64,000 nucleotides of DNA, from assembly GCF_009914755.1 (NCBI RefSeq), contig NC_060932.1; one strand, given 5' to 3'. The notes under the pieces were generated by a model. That model saw nothing but the letters and a program-made list of their open reading frames with translations. It had not been told where the DNA came from and did not search any database. Below are positions 59,980 through 64,000 of the stretch, in pieces (positions within the stretch are counted from its first letter, which is position 1; each line of letters begins with the position of its first letter). The translations under genes and the position numbers were made by a program. This stretch comes from the human T2T-CHM13v2.0 reference genome, Homo sapiens.

Positions 59980-61152
59980 TGTGGTAGGCAGAATAATGGC
60001 TTCCCACAGAGGTCTACATTCTAATTCTTAGAAACCATGAATATGTCATGTTACATGGTAAGGGGGAATTATGGTTGCAGATGTAACTAAAGTTGCCAAC
60101 TCATCAGCTGCCCATGAAAGGGAGATCTTATCTTGTATTATCTCAATGAGCTCAATGTAATCACAGAGTCCTTACAAGTGAAGGGAGGGGACAGAAGAGT
60201 CAGTGCTGGAGTGAGACAGCAGTGCTGGAGAGGATGTGGAGAAATAGGAACACTTTTGCACTGATGGTGGGACTGTAAACTAGTTCAGCCCTTGTGGAAG
60301 TCAGTGTGGCGATTCCTCAGGGATCTAGAACTAGAAATACCATTTGACCCAGCCATCCCATTACTGGGTATATACCCAAAGGACTGTAAATCATGCTGCT
60401 ATAAAGACAAATGCACACATATGTTTATTACAGCAGTGTTCACAATAGCAAAGACTTGGAACCAACCCAAATGTCCAACAATGATAGACTGGATTGAGAA
60501 AATGTGGCACATATACACCATGGAATACTATGCAGCCATAAAAAATGATGAATTCATGTCCTTTGTAGGGACATGGATGAAATTGGAAATCATCATTCTC
60601 AGTAAACTATCACAAGAACAAAAAACCAAACACCGCATATTCTCACTCATAGGTGGGAATTGAACAATGAGAACACAAGGACACAGGAAGGGGAACATCA
60701 CACTCTGGGGACTGTGGTGGGGTGGGGGGAGGGGGGAGGGATAGCTTTAGGAGATATACCTAATGCTAAATGACGAGTTAATGGGTGCAGCACACCAGCA
60801 TGGCACATGTATACATATGTAACTAACCTGCACGTTGTGCACATGTACCCTAAAACTTAAAGTATAATAATAATAAAATAAAATAAAACAAAATAAAAAA
60901 GAGAAAGGCTCAACTGGCCATTGCTGGCTTTGGAGAGAGAAGGCTACCATAATCCAAGGAGGGTGAGCAGCCTCCAGAAGCTGAAAAAGGCAAAGGAATG
61001 GATTGACTCCTAGAGCCTCCAGAAAAACTGCAATGTTGTAATTGCCTTATGGTGAGCCCACTGAGATCTGTTTTAGATTTCTAACCTCCAGAAATGTAAG
61101 ATAATGACTTTTTAGTTGCTTTTTGTTATAACAGCATTAGAAACCTAGTACA
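59980..61152 (+). mobile_element. MLT1 (D/E-like) LTR interrupted by L1PA
   Basis: TGTGGTAGGCAGAATAATGGC...CAATGTAATCACA...CCTAGAGCCTCCAGAA...TTGTTATAACAGCA..AGAAAC.TAGTACA. Confidence 0.85.
60222..60900 (+). mobile_element. 5'-truncated L1PA (L1PA3-like), ~0.68 kb
   Basis: ORF2 C-terminus ...LWKSVWRFLRDLELEIPFDP...SLIGGN*, G-rich 3' UTR, A-rich tail. Confidence 0.93.
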
Positions 61153-61735
61153 GATTCTGATAGCTAGAAGTGGGGTGCTGCAGTAACAAATAACTAAAAA
61201 TGTGAATGTGTCTTTGGAATTGGCCAAGGGGCAGGGGCTGGAAGAATTTTGAGTAGCATGTTAGAAAAAGCTTAGATTCTCTTGAACAGACTGTTAGTAG
61301 AAATATGGAGTTAACGATTCTGCTAATGAGGACTCAGAAGAAAGTGAAGGACACAGTAAAAAATATATGTGTCATTTTATAGACTACCTAAATTGTCATA
61401 TGTAGACTGTTGGTAGAAATATGAATATTAAAGGCACTGTTGGTGAGGGTTCAGACAGAAATGTTATTGGAAAATGGAGAAAAGGGATCTTTGTTACGCA
61501 CTAGCAGAATGCATACCGGAATTACGTCCCAAAATTATCTGTGAAGTAAAAGTTTTAAATGATGAACTTGATATTTATCTGAGGAAACTTCCAAACAAAA
61601 TGTTGAAGCATTAGCTTGGCTTTTACTTGTTACCCATAAGAAAATATGAAAAGAAAGAGATAGATTTTGGGAAAATGTTCATCAAAAGGTCTCCAGAACT
61701 TGATGATTTGAGAAATTCTCAGCCTATTTACATAG
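61153..61735 (+). mobile_element. MLT1 internal sequence (partial MaLR provirus)
   Basis: Directly after the LTR: GATTCTG...GAAGTGGGGTGCTGC.GTAACAAATA.CTAAAAATGTG...TTTGGAATTGG. Confidence 0.75.
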
Positions 61736-62461
61736 TTAAGAGACCTCAGGAAATAGTCTAATAGGTAAAAGAGTAATACATTAAAAAATTAAATTGTTCT
61801 ATAAAAATTGATCTGAGAATTTTGAATTACAGGGACAGTCTAAGTAGGTGGTTTTAAGGGGTCCAGAAAGAAGAGAATTGTAAAAAGTAAGAGAAGATAG
61901 AAAAAGAGAGGTCTAGTAATATGCTGGAAGCTTTGAACTGAGGAGAAATGGTAGTCAGCAGCAAATTTCGAAGAGCTGGAATGACCCAGGGATACAGGAA
62001 TTGAAGTATCTAATAGCCATTATTGAGTTGTTTGTTATGATGCCCTGTAGAATGTTTCCTGCCCCAAAACTTCAGTCAAATATGCTGGAAGGAAGGGACC
62101 ATGTAAATTCTGCAGGACCAAAAAGGGACACTATTTGAATTAGGTGAGAGAGAAAATAAATCAGAGAAAATGGGACAAAAGTGATTAGAAGTGTAATTCC
62201 TGAAAATGAATTCCAAGATCTCCCTCTGAAGATCTTGGAAAGAGCTGGAAGAAGGTTATGATGGAGATTACTTTGAGTTTCCTTCTTTATGGGATATCAA
62301 GTCTTGAGGTGAAGTTGTTTGAAGAAATAAAGGACAGGGTGACATCAGTAACCTGTTATACTGAGGACACTCAGGCACCAGATATCTGGATCCACTAGGA
62401 AAGTCACATCAAAAATGAGCATTTGTTTTACCATAAAAAAGAAAATAACAATGGTGTCTGT

Positions 62462-62950
62462 TTCATGCACACAGATGTTCACTGCAGCACTATTCACAAT
62501 AGCAATGACATAGAATCAACCTAAGTGTTCTAAATGACAGACTAGATAAAGAAAATGAGGTACATATACACCTTGGAATACTATGCAGCCACAAAAAATA
62601 GTGAGATCGTGTCTTTTGAGGGAATATGTATGGAATTGGAGGCTATTATCCTTAGCAAACTAATCCAGGAACAGAAAACCAAATACTGCATAGTCTCACT
62701 TATAGTAGGAGCTAAATAATGAGAACTCATGAACACAAGGATAAAAAAAACAGACATTGGGGTCTACTTGAGGATGGAGGGTGGGAGCAGGGAAAGGAGC
62801 AGAAAAGATAACTGCTGGGTGCTGGGCTTAGTATCTTAGTGATGAAATAATATGTACAACAAACCCCTCCCCATCACATTTGTTTGCCTATGCAACAAAC
62901 ATTCACATGTACCCCCAAACCTAAAATAAAAGTTAAACAGAAAAAAACAC
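62462..62950 (+). mobile_element. Older L1 3' end (L1PA/L1PB)
   Basis: GCAGCACTATTCACAATAGCA...GGAATACTATGCAGCC...ACCTAAAATAAAAGTT. Confidence 0.85.
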
Positions 62951-64000
62951 AATAGTGTCTGTTTGGGATACTCCAGTTCCATTTCTCACTACTCCAGTAT
63001 GTAGGAGTTTAATCTTAGAACCCTCCCTATGTGGCAGTAAGCAAACTCTAATGTATTTCGGAGAGGATGCAACTTGACAGAAACAAGTGAATTGCACAGA
63101 GTCTCAATTGCTGTAATGAGTTCACTTTCCTCCAAGGTTACTAGAGGTTTGGACTGAGATGGCACATTCACAACCATGTGGTTAGAGAATTAGTTGTTTG
63201 TACTAAGTTTTCTAATTTCTGAGACAGTCATATGAGTGTGTTTTCCATCCCAATACAGAAGTAGTGGTTCCAGAATTTTTTTGTCTCTTTCTCTTTCTCT
63301 GATTTATAAAATAACTAGGTATTCACAGGAAGAAGTCACTCATCCTCTCATCATCTTAACGCTATTATCCTTGTTTATTTGTATCTTAGCTTTTGCATTC
63401 AATCCCATTTTACATACTTGTGACCCTGGTACGCATAATATTATATGTTATACTATTTTTCTCTTAACATTGTGTTGCAAACATTTCCTCATATTTTCAC
63501 ATTCTTCATGATTATTACTATTAAACTACATAGTATACCATAATTTGCAGGCCACATAGGACCATCAGGTTGTATCCAAGTTGTTATTATACACAATGCT
63601 ACAATAGACTCTTTTATGCCCTTACTGTTTCCTTGCTGTGATTTCCTTCGCACAAATTCATTGGAACAGACTATTTGGTTTAGTTCATTAATGCATCTTT
63701 TTCAAGTCATCTTAACTACTGTTTCTTGATGGACAAGACAGGTACTAAAATACAAACACATGAAAAAGATCTTGGGTTTGCTAGTTATATTGCTTAATGC
63801 AAATGACTGCAGTAACCTTTAAATATGATATACTCAACTCAGAGGACATAATTTCTTCCATATATTAAATACTACCTTTGCTGGAGACATCTTACTTTTC
63901 CAACCTTTGCTTTTAAGAAGTAGTCTGGAGTGGGTGACATTTATTTTTGTTGATTTGATTCGTTATGGTTATTGATGGTGACATTCCTTTAGAACTCAGA

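Noticed and set aside
60292-60663. Near-identical 123-aa ORFs at 16118-16489 (-) and 60292-60663 (+) as an inverted gene duplication
   Set aside because: Both are the ORF2 C-terminus of independent L1PA insertions.

Overview
Human (primate) genomic DNA: AT-rich, repeat-dense, with no intact protein-coding gene. I recognise the two-exon lncRNA PCAT1 (8q24.21 gene desert) on the + strand: exon 1 ~48552-49172 and exon 2 55042-~56412. Exon 2 is a full-length Hsmar1 mariner copy (54867-56468) split by an AluY. The transposon supplies both the splice acceptor (3 nt before the transposase ATG, as described for SETMAR) and the poly(A) signal. Splicing leaves a perfect-Kozak 56-codon ORF for the transposase N-terminal HTH. 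The rest of the window is nested retro- and DNA-transposon debris: a 5.6-kb L1PA2/3 on the - strand inside an older 5'-inverted L1M, about 11 Alus, LTR8, MLT1/MLT2/MST, LTR16/33-like, MER5/47/58/69, MADE1, MIR and L2. Other unexplained structure includes an ancient ~500-bp duplication in the PCAT1 intron with retained AP-1/FOX motifs, a recent 2x123-bp tandem duplication abutting the Hsmar1 right end, and an L1 truncated inside ORF0 whose antisense promoter points at PCAT1. Repeat subfamily names and gene identity come from recalled consensus sequences, not from a database search.
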